The notes beneath the pieces were generated by a model. That model saw nothing but the letters and a program-made list of their open reading frames with translations, was not told where the DNA came from and did no database searches. The translations under genes and the position numbers were made by a program. Of a DNA stretch of 64,000 nt, positions 1-15,300 are shown in pieces (within the stretch, counting starts at the first letter, position 1; each line of letters begins with the position of its first letter). Source of the DNA: Phoronis australis (taxonomy: Eukaryota > Animalia > Phoronida); the NCBI GenBank assembly GCA_002633005.1, contig NMRA01000309.1:124001-188000 (forward strand), in the 5' to 3' direction.

Positions 1-193
1 AAAAAGAGACATATCTCAAAATTCGGGTACTTTTATGTAACCAAATGTGGACGACAATCCAAATGGATTGGCAATTCAAAAGATCTCTTCACAAATGACA
101 TCTGTTTTGAATTCCTATTAATTCAAGGCAAACAGTTGTATTTTGCCTCATTTCAGTCACAGAACAAATACAATAACAATCACACAATCTTAC

Positions 194-395
194 CTTCTTC
201 CAAGCAGCAGCAGTGCATGAGTGCAGGTCATATGGGTAAAGTACATGTAAACCCTCGCCAGTATTGTATAATTGTCGACACATGTAGATGTAAGCACCAA
301 TGACAGCGTTCGACGGAGGTGGACCAAATTCTTTAGGAAGACCCCCTCTGATGGCCTTGCGAGCAAACTCAGCAATAATATGAGCAGCAGATGAC
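194..395 (-). CDS. TBC1D32: TBC1D32 coding exon 16 (SSAAHIIAEFARK...AAAWKK)
   Basis: GAGCAG acceptor, GTAAGA donor, 202 nt. Confidence 0.9.
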
Positions 396-3300
396 CTGCT
401 CACAATAAAGTAAATTTTAAACAAAAGGCAATGACATTAAAGGGGCATTTCCTTCAAACTCACTCCACAGAATGCAAGTTATATATCTGGTCACTAAGCC
501 GCACAAAATAGGTCTTGAATCTTTTCACGATTTCCATCCCAAAACAAAGCAGGTAAAATGGGAGTCGAATGCCCTTCAACACTGAACAGACTGGTTAACC
601 CTCTCATTGGGCTGCTTCTTATTGTTACAAGGCGATCTCCCAGGATAGAAACTTTTGACTTTCATTCCAATGAAAATTTGGTACCAGTTATTAGGGGTAT
701 TTTAACATTCAGGAGAGAGATAGGAAACAATCCCCTTAAAAACAAAAAGAAAAAACATTAGCTCCATATACCATCTACTGCATAACAGTTAACTGAAAAT
801 CGACACAGGCAACAAATGTCATTATTAATAAATTTTCAACCACTGAAAAGAAAGATGAACTGTTTGAAACAACAGTGAACTTATTCAAGACAAAGTATAT
901 CCTTCAAACACCAAATAAAGAAGAAGACTAAATGAACAAATAATATGCAAAAGCAATTTCTTATGGAGAAAAAGACGTTACATTCCCAACATCAATGCAA
1001 ACAGTACAGTGGAGAAATACAAAAGCCCATAACCATGTTGAAGGTAAAGTGTTAGCAGTTGTCCTGGGGGACGAATTACTTAAATGACAACACACTATTA
1101 GAAAGAGTTCTGGATTTATAGTTGAAGTGTTAAAAGTGAAGTATTTTCCTGGTATAGATAAATCAAGGAGAAAGCAAAGAAAAGCTGGCTATAGTCATTT
1201 ACAGGGGTTCCAGATTTTGAGAACCTGTTTGGTGCCTATTATTCAGTGGACAAAACTGGTTCTCAGAATGCGGGAGCCCTGTAAAAGACTATAATTGAAA
1301 ATTACATTTTACACAATGCAACAATGTGCTGCAAAAATTCTTTTCTTCAACATGTTAACATACTTGTGTTACATTTGATGCCTGCGTTAAGAGTGCCCAT
1401 ATTACATTTTTGTTTCCTGCACCATGTAAAATAGAGTTGGTTATATCCCTCAACAGCAGAATGTGGAGATTCCACATTTTACTGGGCTACAAAATTTGAT
1501 TTTGGAAATGCAGCTGAACGGTTAGACTTGACAGTAAACTGGGTGAAACCACTGTTATCTTGTAGAATTAGTATTCTTTCAAATGCCAAGTTCATGTCGT
1601 TTAATGGCCACCACTTTCCAAAGTGAAAACAAAGACGAGAGATTCTGACAATAAAAGATTTTAAGGTTATGTAGGACCTCATTTACAAATCTGTGTAGAA
1701 GAATTCTGAAAAATAAAGATCTTTATTCAGTCAAAGTATGTAATACTATTTTCTTAAAGCAGAAAGCTTGTTTCACTTTTACCAATCTGCCATTTATTGG
1801 GTCATCTGACTACCGGGTATGTCTTCTTATTAACATTTAGCAAACAGAAAGGTACAATTTGATACAAAACAACAGTATCCATAACATGATCAAACTTTAT
1901 TTGACACGAATGGTCAATGTGAGATTTCAAAAATTAAGTTACAATTTTCTAAAATATCAGTTCATTTTTGTTCCATGCAAAATTAGAGCTTTTTATGAAA
2001 ATCAGGATACTACTTTTGACAGCCCTCATGAAAAAGTTAAACATGTCAAAAACAATTCCTGGAGAACGATGCACAAAGCATAGCATCTAAAAGTTTCAGG
2101 TATATCGATGTTAGCCAAATCTGGAGTTTCCCTAAGGTCCTTCATAACCTTAAAATCTGGGTTTTCTGAATACGGAATTATGCATTGGGTCGCTACTTAG
2201 GGAAAGCCAGACAAGTGTGCAAGTTTCATCAAATACTACGTCAGAACACAAACTAAATGGTGAATGGCAAACACAACATGAGCACAGCTTGGCAAAATAA
2301 TATGCATGACTATCTAATACAAACAAACACTGTCAGGCACAATTAATATTGAGACCCAAATATCATACCAGTAGCAGCTTAAGACTTTACTATAGACACA
2401 GCTTTTGTCAAAGAACTAACTTTTGATTTAATAAGCCTCTTACCCTCATAAAGTGATCACTCTTTGAGTCTTACTCAGACAAGGCATGATTTATGGGCTT
2501 CTGCGCGCCGTTGCATGAAAGAGTCCCAAACAGGGACTCAACTATCCCTCAATGCAATGCAAATTTGTTTCGTTCTTTACTCCCAGATGTAATATCTATA
2601 TGTCATTTTAACTTCATTATGAGGTCTTCTTTGACTAATGGCATTTTCTAATAATGTAACTAAAAACTGAGCCCTTAATTCAGTCAAAATAATAGGGGAC
2701 TTAGTCCTTAAATTAAGGGCGTTGCATGAAAAGATCCCTACTTAATTTCACTAATAAAGAGAATTCAACATAGAGTCCATTCTCGATTTGCATCAAAGTA
2801 AAAAATTAACTTAGAAATGAAACTCAAAAAGCTTACGATAGGAATAATCAGTGTATTCACAAGCCCACAAATACGCTGTGGATTTAGGGAACTTAGTCGA
2901 GTCCCTATTCGGGACTGTTTCATGCAACTGGGCACAGTATGTTACTGCTTGAGACCAGGCACAGTGAGTTGGTTTGACCCCGCTGATCATTCTATGACTG
3001 ATCAGTCTACGCACCCAAAATGACCTCTCAAGCCCAGAAATGACTTTTGATCTGACTAAGAAACAAACATAGACCTGTTCGGTAAGCGGTGTGAATGAAA
3101 CGGGCGTATTTTTGACAAGAAGAAGGTTTACAGCAGTTTTGAGAGCTAAAATAAAAGTTCCGTCGCTTGATCCGCCAATAGCATGGAGGTGACACAGAAC
3201 ATTTCAACATCTTCTCTGCTGTGGACCCAATACTCTAAATAATATAAATTGCTGTTAAGTTTTTCCCAACATTTCACCCCTACAGGACATCACCAAAAAT

Positions 3301-6300
3301 TGAACCCAAGACTAAAAACAAATTGACCACATGGCAGGGTTTTCTAATTCACAAAAACGGATCGCAGCATATGTTTTACTGATTAAACATATGCATTAAT
3401 GTTCTGTAATGAAAGAGAATGCCAGGATATTTTTCCACTTAAGAATGACTTCTTTGGTACATTTTGCAGATGAAGATAGTACATATTATATAAGCTTTTT
3501 GCTCAAAATGTATGATTATTGGAGGTGCAAGCCCACACACTTATAGAAGGAAGACATTAACAATGTTCTCCTGTTCATACAGAACAGTACATCATAAATT
3601 TCTAATTACACCCTCATTATCAATGCAAACTGTTGAAATGTGCACATTACTGCAACGCAAATGGTATGCTTCTAAGACTGTTTATCAGAACCACAAAAAT
3701 GGTAAAGTATGTCAAACCCCACAGTCAGAAAATAGTAAAGTCTCATTGTTTACCTAAAAGAAACCTAATAAATGTCATGAAAATCCATCCAGGCACTCCA
3801 AAGGTACAGAAGCTAATAAAAAATAGAATTGTCACTAGGAGGCACTGTATGACTCAGTCTCAAAGAAGTTGCCACACTTATAGAAATACACTTGCAAAAT
3901 TTCACAACAAAGATCCTGCAAGGGGTTTAGGAAATACACCATGCTGTGGATGCAATGTCACATCGGGTGCAACAGACGTCGGGTCCATCCAAAAATGAAT
4001 GGCAGTCGTGCTGTTGTCAGTAAGAAAAGATCTGAAAATTTTCTTAATGATATTTAAAGCACTCTGGCAGGTCAAAAATAATGAAAATGGCCACTGGGTG
4101 GCATTGAAAACATCTCATCTGTTCAAAAATATAAAGGTGTCGTCGTCTCCTCAATAGAAAGCTATCAGCTAAATTTCGTAAAATTCTGTCAAGGAACTCT
4201 GAACATACGAGTAAATGTAAAAAACTAACAATGCTACTATGGGAAACAGCCATAGTCAGATCTGCTCAACAAAAGTTGTTGCCAACACTAAGGGGATACA
4301 GATGCAGACACAAAAAATGCCTCTAGAGTGGGGCACCAAAAGTTGTAGGGCCCGTCGTAACATCAGCCATGGTGTTTTCAGCAGGAACACATCTGCTAAT
4401 TTTCATAATCATCCTTGCAGCAATTTTAAAAATATAAAAGCAGATATCAAAAGAACAGATTCATAATAACGAAAATGGCCACCACATGGCACAGAATATG
4501 TCAAATCCATACAGTTACAGGAATACGCCGCCAAAATTTCATGTAACTCTGAAGATACAGAATAAGGTAAACAAGAAAGACACAAAATTACCACTTGGGG
4601 GTACAGCAGTGGCCAAATCTGTCCAAAAGTCATCATCTTTCGTTGTCATATTCATAGGAAAACACTTTCAAAATTTCTCAAAAATGCTGCAAGAGGTCAA
4701 GCAGAAGCAGCCGCAAATGCAATAAAATAAAATTGCCACTAGGGGGCACCACAGTAGTTAGGCTCATCTGAAATCAGCATCAGCTGTGGTATTTTTTTAA
4801 ATGACCGTGCACGCAGTTCGGCAAATAAAAAGTCGGGCTCCAAAAAACAGACAATGGCCTACAGGTGGTGCAGAATATGGCAAATCTGCCCAAAAATCCA
4901 AACATAACCACTCAGCTTCAATGAAACGCATTTGCCAAATCTCAATAAGCCCCTGCAAAGCGATACCGCTGCGGACGCTGGATACCCAGACAGAGATAAC
5001 GGCAATATGCACCCACACGTGTATATGTGGGCACGTATCAAAAAGTAGTAGCCAAAACCAAGTGAACATGCAAGTTTGCCTAATACATACCTTTTGATGG
5101 CAACCTGTTGATTACTGTGCAGAAAGAACAAAACCAGGTGAGACAATCTAGAGGTTAAGGGCAGCAAACTCACAGGTCATTGCAAGAATTTCACCACTTA
5201 ATTTAGAGTTCTTGCCAATAAGATTATTTTAAAACGCTGACAGTATTATGATATGATACAGTGAAGAAAAAATCTTTTTTTCAATTAACAAAATCGAGAT
5301 TTCTTGACAATGATTTTAAAAGCAAATTGCCAAAATCATGAAGTTTTGCAGTAACTAACAGTAAATTTAGACAAGCTCTAAAAATTTTCAAATGCACAAA
5401 GTAAAACTTGATGGATAATTTGGAGTGCACCTGTATTTATTGGACAGGTGAAATGTCTTGAAGGACCTTGCATCAGAATCAGAAGCATTTAGTCAATGGC
5501 AACATTGAAGATGACAAAGACCGTGGGTCAACGTCAAGCATTGTCAACACTCAAACAGGATAACAACCGATCAATATAATTTTTAATTTAGAATTCACGC
5601 AACTCATCAAAGCTTGCCAATGCTATTTCCATGTTAGGTCTGATCTACTGAACTATCAGTTCTGACTGTTAATTAAACCAGTATTGGGTTCAAAGACAAG
5701 CAACACAAGAAAATTACTTAGTGTCAATTCATTATAAAAAGGTCTTTCCATTCTAATGTAGTGTTAGCATTCCACATCTAGTGAAAATTACATCAAAAGC
5801 TAACATTGAACCAGCTATGTCAAATCATATTTAGGTGAATTTCACACTGGCCCACTTCATTGTTACTAGGGACAGTCCCATTTGAACATTGTTACTAGGA
5901 ATGGCCTTATTTGAACAATAGCCACAAAAGCAACCATGGTGATGTGACATGGAGTTTTAAAAATGCCTCACTTAAAGGAGGCACCGTCCATTCTATCCAA
6001 CTTACCTGGACCGAGTGAACCGTTCTACATTCTCTCCGTACATGAGATGACGCCGTCCCTCTGTACTGGATGCAACCATGGACAGGATGTCTGCAATGTG
6101 CAAATAGGTGGCCTCACTAGCCTGGTGCACGCCATGATCCTGCAGCCAATAAGTATAACATGAATGATAATAACAAAAATAACAATTCTAATAACAAGAA
6201 TAACAGTAATAAGAATATCAATAACAAAAATAAAATAAATTATGTTATTCATAACTCACATAACTTAACATTACATTAACATAATTTCATTAACAAAGTA

Positions 6301-9300
6301 GACTCGATGAAAAAGAATTGTATCAGCATGAAACTTTAAAAAACAACAGTCACATAAGTGACCACAATAAAATAATAGTAATAACAATAACATATGTTCA
6401 AAAATTGTAATAAAAAATTAGAGAAAATGCCTCACAGATCATACTGCCTACTCTCATTTTAACGGTTTCAAAAGGTAATGTCGTGAACAAACAGCTTCAA
6501 ACATTTGAAAAAATGAATCGAAATGAAGGTATGTTTATCAAATGTACATACTGTAATCATTTTGTGTTTTCAACATCACAGCAGGAAGATAATCAGGCGT
6601 ATAACTAAATAATTGCCGAAATGTAGGTTCCAACCACATTTATTATCAGAAATGTTAAAATTCTTCATTTAGCTGTCGTTTTTGCCAACAAAGGTGTCTA
6701 GAAACAGGCTGTTTTTGTTTTGCCATCCTAGCCATCATATTTTAAAACTGACCCCCAGTCGAGACTGCTAGACGAGACCCTGACTGTCACATTCATATAC
6801 ACAATTCCTCACTTACAAACATGAGCTGGATCAAGGGAACAATAAACGCTGAAGGTGTCAGCACATGTAAGTTATGGTTTCATTTGATATGCAAAGAATG
6901 ACAGTTTGTAATCACACCCGTGGAGGTGCAACCAATGTGTAGCTGCTCGTGGGTTTACCAACTAAGCAACAAAAGAATCACAAAGCTGTCATTTTAATAA
7001 TCTCGCATAAGGTTTATCATCCTGTACATGCAAGAGATACACGTGGTCTAAAAACATGGTCAGACTCCCTCAGGACAGCAACAGGCTAGGATAATGATGT
7101 CATGTAGCAGGCTATCCTACCACCAATGGTGGATACACTCACCGTGGCACCATCAAGCCATTGGGCTACAGGAGCCAGCAGACGATTGATGACCTCATCC
7201 TTACACATACAACTGGAGCAGACAGAGTCTGAACACAGATTCTTGAGCACCTCCGCTGCAAGCACCCCTGGCTCATATTGTTCTATATGGAAAATCATTG
7301 GTGTACATGTAACAATCAGTCAACCTTAAACAGCAGTCAATCAAAAATCCATTTGTCATGAGAACGGCAATAAATCAAATGTTAAGAGTATTTAAATTTG
7401 CATGATATTTCGAGCAGGTTTCAATGCATGGCCATACAAATACAATACGGACTTAATCCTTGCCTATGTCATTAACGTTTAGGTGCCAAATCTGCAATAA
7501 AGATTTTTTGGTGACAAAAGGAATACTTAAAATTGCCAAGTTATTTTTGGTTTTGGTTTTTAAATGTGCACAACTTTGTTACAACTTACAGAGTTCAACA
7601 TTTGAATAGACAGTCCATAACTTCATCAATTGGATATAGAAGGCCAACAAGTTCATCATTTGAATACATAGGGGCAAAATCTCCGACATTTGGATTAGAC
7701 ACCCAAAAAGTTCAACATTTTGATACAGATTGTCTACAAGTTCGATACTGAATTGAGACAGCTCACGAGTTATTCATTTGCATATAGACTGCCAACAAGT
7801 TTGGCATTGAATTTGGAAGGCCAACAAGTTCATGATTTGGACATAGATGGCCAACAAGGTTATTATTTGGTTAAAGACGGCCAACCAGTTCTACATTTTG
7901 ATATAGACGGATAAATTCCACAAATGTCCTCAAACATTGTTAAACATGAATAAGTTCTATGTTGTACCTTGAACATAGTTATTTCTAACAATCTTTCATT
8001 CAATTTGATTTATGCATGACTGTGTTAATGGAAACTATTTGCAAGAATATCATTTTCTGTGTTCATTATGTATTTTAGAAGAAATAACCTATAAAAGAAA
8101 AAATTCAGAGATCGCCATCACATCCCTTGCTCAGTTGGAATGCCATGGCCACTGTCAATAAAGTCAACATTAATTGTTGATCGAATACCTATTGCAAATG
8201 TTTTTGTCCTTTACCTGAGCCGTCCTTGGTGAAGTGGGTGAGGTGCACAGTGCTGGGGTCCTGAACAAGATGAATCATAGCAACCACTAACTGTGTTATA
8301 GTTACTGGCTCTGAAACATCACAAATTCATGGTCAGAAAGAAATGTTAACTACTCGTAAAACCAGGTTTCATTAATTGCTCAGCAAATGTTGAGAGATGA
8401 AACAATGACTGTGACAGTCTATAATTGACTAATTAACAAACCGATAAAACCAACTTATACAAAGCAATTGTGAAGCAATTTCTTTCTATCACACAAAGAA
8501 ACCTACTAGTATACGTTTGTGGGGACTAATTTTCATTGGAAAAATTTTGGGCTAAACAAAATGAAATAATTATTTTGTACAAAACAAAATAACAAACAAA
8601 ACTGGCTCTTACTATAATTCCTTTTTCAGTACAACTGACTGAGATAAAGGCCAAATGACATATTTTTTAATATTAAGGAAACAAACTGAAACAGACAAAT
8701 GGGAGCGCCACAATTGTGTATTTTGCTCCTCTGTTTCATTCCCTAGAATATCTTAAGCAGATAAATGAAAATGTGATTTGAGATTACAAAGTAAAAAAAC
8801 AGGAACAGCAATGTTTAGAGACCTGATCTGTCCGAGACTTTCATGGGAAACATGCGTCGCCCTTGGCTGTACCACAGAAGTCGGCCCACGATGGTAAGGC
8901 AGTGTATGAAGTAGAGGTAGTCCAGCTCAGCACCCGTGAAGTACTGCTTTATGTTAGCATGTAGTGACTCACCTGAACACATACAATACGCAGTGAACAA
9001 CTCATCTCAACAGATATAGTGCACATTGTACTACTCAACTCAAAGGATATAGTGCACACTGAACAGCTAATCTCAACATATGTGTATGGTGAACAACTCA
9101 ACTCAACATATGTAGTGCACAGTGAACAACTCATCTCAACATATGTAGTGCACAGTGAACAATTCAACTCAAAAGATATAGTGTACGGTGAACAGCTCAT
9201 CTCGACATATGTAGTACACAGTGAACAATTCAACTTGAAAGATATTAGTGTATGGTGAGCAACTCATCTCAACAGATATAAAGCATGGTGAACAACTCAT

Positions 9301-12300
9301 CTCAATAGATATAAAGCATGGTGAACAACTCATCTCAACAGATGTAGAGCACAGTGAACAACTTAACTCAAAAAATATAGTAAATTGCAAACAACTCATC
9401 TCAATAGATTTAATATACGGTGAACAATTTTATACATTTATTGAAAAATTTCAAAACTGAATGATGAAAATGCATCTTCGTCAAATTCCGAAGCAATAAA
9501 AATGCAATAGTTCTAAAAACGAGACAGAATTAATGCGTCCGGCAGTCACTTTCATTTTTTGTGTTAATAGATGAGTGTCCACTTTGAAAAATGAATTAAC
9601 AGAAAAACAATACATTTTTTACTTAAGGAATGCCTAAAGGGGCACTAATCCTATGTTAAAAACCAAATTTCAATTTGATAAATTTACCTAATAAAATAAG
9701 TCTCAAAACTGTTCCTTACTAAGATTAGAAATGACATTGCTTTGTAAGAGCAAGTATACACCCTAGGAGGGGTTGTTGTTGACACTGGAGAACAGGATTT
9801 ATAACAGCTATAGCTCCAAAAGCATCACACTCAAAAAATCTAAAATTAAATGATACCAACATAATTATGTCAAATTGACAAGTAAAAAATCAAGAGGTCA
9901 ATTTCTAAAGAATTGGGCTTAACTAAGAAAGAACTTTTCAATAACAATAAGGTTGTCGTTGACAATAAAATACTACTTACAGCCTGTGACTCTTGACTGT
10001 GTGTCTGAGATGTCACTCAACAAATCGATGGGCACTCGCCTTGTACCAATAAACTCAAGGACATGCTTAACAGCAGATTCAATCTGACAAATACAAAATA
10101 TGACTTGAATTTGTAGATCATCAAACTGAATACACACAAGGTGGTGCTATTTAGACATCAGTCATTATAAATGCACGTATTCAAGTAATCACATAGTACC
10201 CTAGCCTATAAACACCCATATGCTGGTGATCTGCTAATTTGCTCTCATTCCGTTCACGTGGTGGGAAGAGAGACCAATATTAACTGCATCACCTGGTGAT
10301 TGCTACCTCCTGACTTCAACCACTTTAAGATGACTTGAACCACAACTGTACAGTAATCAATGATTCGCAAAAACCAAAGCTAATGACTGGTTGCATATCG
10401 GATGATACTCAGTTGATCCTGATGACGAGTGATATTTTACCAAATCGTCTCCCGAATGTAAGCCAATGTAACCATTGTGCATTGGATTGGCCCATAAGCT
10501 TCATGCAACCTAGGCATAAATAAGTCTTATTCCTGTCACCAGAAGAGCCTGTGCACAAAGCATTACGCCTGTGTCTACTGTGTCATTTCACACATACAAA
10601 CATTTACCAAGTTACTCACCAAAACTTTATATTGTTGAAGTAACTGTAACAAAGGCATCCGTCCATAACTGCCATGCTGCAAAGGAAAAATACGACTTAA
10701 CACGTAATACTTAAACAAAAACTGACTCAGAAAGAACCAGCTAAACTCAATTGAAGTGATACCTTAAGACACTCAAATGGCATCACATTTTCAAAATCTG
10801 ATTATTGTATCCTAAACTAGAACTATCACTGAACAGGTAGTTTGATTTAATCAGGAACCATGAGAAATTGATAAACACAAATTTAAGACTACAAATGATC
10901 AGTTGGATTCTTTACATACAACAATATATATATAACACCATTCATGACACAGTTTTTGAAACTTTTGCTATTCTGAACCATTGGTTTAATGTAAAATTCC
11001 AAGTGCTAGGTGATACATATGGCATTCTAACAGCATGGAAATGAACATCAAATACAATACACGGAAATACATTATACCATCCATTTTGTGAACCAGTCAG
11101 CCTTAGGATCAACCAGAGCCAATAGATGAGCAGGAGTGAGAGGTGCAGGGGCGCCCACTGGTGTCGGAGGATTGAAGCTTAATAATTTTAATGTGAATTC
11201 AAGAACCTCTCGTAAAAACCTGAAAATAACATCTTCGATGATAACACACATTGCTTTTTAGCACAAAACACATCCTATTTTAATGCTGTGAAATGTGTAC
11301 GTCTAAAAATACAAAATCTTCAATCCAAAGATATCTTACATGCCAATGACTAAACCTATTTTTATAGTCAAAATTTCTCATACCAATTGCACTACATTTG
11401 GTTGTAGAGTAATACCATGTCCCTATTTAAAGAAATTAGTAACACTTAAAGTAAATTATAATGCAAGTGTGTCATTTTTTAAAGGAGGTATAGGTTAATT
11501 TCTTACCCTTCAGAGAATCTGACCCAGAATGTATGCACTTGTCTCTGAAATTCATTCATCAGTCGCACCTGAAAAAGCAAGACAAATTACTGTGTTTCAA
11601 ATCTGTATAAGTTTGATTCAGACAGCACTGTGATGTGGGTCTTGAAAACAGATCTCTACATCTGTGGTGACACACATTCATTTTATGGCTACACAAACAT
11701 GCCTTGTTGCTCTCAATTTTCCCAAGAGCAACTTGACTTAAATTACATGCAATATAAACATGTGCCTTAGCTAATTATCAAGAGTTGAAGAAACTCTAGA
11801 TGAAAACTTACTGCTTTCACAAGCTTCATAGTTTCCAGTCTTTTAAGGTTGAGTCCACTCCTTAGTTTGGGTAAGCTCAGGTTTTTCTCATTGTCTTTGA
11901 AATAGTTAAGGATGTATTGCACTGAAAAATAATAAACATACAGTGTCACAAATTGCAGGATGCATTTAACAAAAAAGAAAACAAGTAACTACGACAGATT
12001 TAAGTTGTTATAATTTGTGTTTTGTCAACACAACATACATTGCCATCCACACCACACCTTTGCAAGAATCAAGTTAAAGTATGCCATACTAAGTACATTC
12101 ATTTCATATCAATTTATTCTGGAGCTCAAAGGTCATCCACCCATCATAAGTACAAAAGTATATCAAAAATTTATTCATTGCACATAGTGGAAAGTTGTTT
12201 ACTTCTGAGTGCAAAAGCACAGAAAAACAAAATTGTTAATTTTTGTAGATATTGCTAATTTTTGTTACAATGAAGCACTACAACACTCAGTTACATTTAC

Positions 12301-15300
12301 TTAACCCTTTGGCAGACCCACTGTTGAACAAAAGAAATAAAAAGCTAATATGTAATAAAGAGCTGCTGAATATGCTTAAAGATGTTTTCTAAATACAAAA
12401 ATGTAATGCTCCAACAATATTCTGTCTGGATTACAAAATCCTAAAATGGCATACCAAGTATTATATAGAACTCCTTGTTATGAAGGGATGCAGACGCAAA
12501 TCCTCGACCAATGAACTTCAGAGCGTGGTGCTGAAATAATGTTGGCAATGAGAATAAAGACAAGAAGTACATAACCTCAATACCAGAATGTACTGTAGGC
12601 ATTAGGAACTCCAAATCAATGCTAGTCAAATATGAAATATTTTATCAAAATATGAAACTTGGAAATTTAATGCGCCTTTATCACTTGTTTCCATCCAAAG
12701 TGTCTGTTTCCCGCCAATTGTAAACAACGTGCACCTACTAGAGCGATTTCTCACAAAATAATCCCACAATTATTGTAACAAGGAAGATCAAAATATGTCT
12801 GGGTTGAGAAATGCAGTCCTAGAACAACAAATGGGGTTGATTCAAGAGCCGCAAAAAGTATATTTAAAAATAGCCAAGATTTTCCCATAGTAAGTCCTAG
12901 GGTCTGTATTCAAAAAAGATTCTCTGTCTAGTACCCTAAATACAAGCACAGGCTTATCATTGGAAAAGGGACATATAATAATGACTTTGCATACCAATGA
13001 TACCATATTTTAAATGAACGAGTAAGGTGCTGAAACAAACTCTACCCTGTTTCTCATAAAGTCTCGTTTTTCTTTGACACTTTCTAACACTGCTGCTTTG
13101 GGGAATACTTACAAATCGTGGCTCAGAATATGGGTGCATGTGCCTGATTTGGGGGGCCTGGTTATGGAAAATCCTGGTAGTTTTACAGTATTTTGTTTTG
13201 AGCACTTACAGACAGTGTGTTGTCACAGTCAGAAAGAGCATCGACGAGTCCATTGCGTAGTGAATATGAGTGACCTCGTTCATCAACACACATTATTTCA
13301 TTGGGCTGTGCATTAGAAATGTCTTTCAAGGCATTCTTCCGTGTCTGAAATCGAGATGCACAGAGTCAGTGATCTGTGTATTTGGACATTGAAACAATTT
13401 GAAAATTTATTGAAGATACAAATCAGAATAAAAATTAACTCCATTCTTTGAAGACTTCTAAAAAATTATTCATGAACTTTGAGCCTAACATCAGCAGCCA
13501 TGAATATATGTTTGACAGTAGAGGATTCCTCATCATGGGAGCCATTTAGGCAAGCAATGTGATAGAATAATGTATCGCTTTTATTCCACAAATTACATCT
13601 TCTTGATGAAGTTTATGGCTGACTATTTGCATATTAAGTGAGGGATCATTTTTCACTCTTGGACCAATACCAAACTCCTTTTCAGACAGTTAGTAGGACA
13701 GGGTCATTTCAATTTTTGAAACAAAGTAATCCTCTGAGGTCACCATCAATCTTAAAAGTTTGGAACATGTTTGAAAACTCCATAAGTCTTACAACCAACA
13801 AGCATAATGAACTTCTTAAGAAAGCTAATCAATGGCTGCATGGAATGATTGCCCACCTCAAATAACAGAATCCACCTTGAGACACAGCTATGAAATGTTT
13901 TAATTGCATAATGTAATAATTGTGCAGTAGGTGACAGCATTAGTAATGGCTGAACTCACCAAAACAGGGTTGAGTGTCCTTTTAATGAAGAATGTATGGT
14001 GTGATATGGCTTTTGTTACAGGGAATTATCTCTATGACATAAAGGGAGATAAAACGAAACTATTCATTCAACCTAGCAAGCTTATTGTCTAGAGTTTGAC
14101 ACATGATGGTTTTAAATTTGGTATTTACCTGCAATGGTTTTTTCTTGTCAAGATTGGCTACAGCTGTGTGGATTTGTTCTGGTGTCAAAAAACAAAACGT
14201 GCTCTGCAAAAAAAAGAAAGGAAGGAAATGAATTATCAACACTGAAATCTTTCTCAACACTCAAAGCAAAAGTTGTGAAAGTATAGACAGTAAATAAAAC
14301 TTGACCCTGATCCTCATACCATTGCTCTGCGAGATACTGAGACAAGACTGAGGCAAAACTTGTCAAGTTACTTTTCAATCACTATCAATTTTGGTAACAT
14401 ACATAATGATTGGAGCAAAGTATACAAAATACAGAAAATAGTGATGGAGAAATGAGCGATGATTGTTCCACAATGATGATGCCATAGCTGCTACCCCTGC
14501 AATCTTAATTCCACAAATCTTAATTCTTATGTTTATATTTGACTGCAATATATGACCATTTGTTTAATAACATAATCAAAATACTGAAGAGCATCCCTAT
14601 ACAGCTACATAATTATACATAACGCAAGTCAAAAGAGCACTGGTGAATGAATGTAATGCATTGCCAACAAAAACACTAGTTTGTCAAGGTTAACTAGGCC
14701 TAGAAAAACTGATTTGATGACCTCATTACAAGGTGACCTCATTACCTGGTTGAAAGAGCTTCCAAATGAGGAATCGCCATCTCCAAATGGATCCCCTTTT
14801 CTTGTTCTCTCCTCTGTTTGAGCGCTCTCGGAAGAGGCACCCAAATCCTCATCAAAGTTTTCTACTAGAATGTCACATGCAGCTGTGACTTTACTTTTGA
14901 GATCTTCAGTCAAAATTTGGTACCTAAATATGGAAGAAGTGACAATCATTCGCAAGTACTGTATGACAGCTAAGTATCAGACATAATTAACTTTTGTTAA
15001 GAAGTAAGGTGGTAGCACGTTTAATGTAGGAAGGGAAGTGTGACAGTTTAGTACCCTTTTCACCAAACACAACAGAATTCATGATTAGGGGTTTGTGATG
15101 TCTGTGTTTGTTTATTTTTGTGTATTCTGTTGATGATTCCCCAAGAGTTGACAATTTTCAAAACACTATACCTCAAATAAGAAAGCTAATGGAAACCATG
15201 TATTTTATTTAAAGTGCATTTTCAAAAACGATGAACTTGGGGATTTTTCTACGACATACTCGCCCAAGTAAAAGTGTCCAACTCTTCCGTACACATTATG

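Noticed and set aside
8949-9460. Repetitive ORFs on both strands; possible CRISPR-like array
   Set aside because: Products of a 33-bp intronic minisatellite; no unique spacers, and the context is eukaryotic
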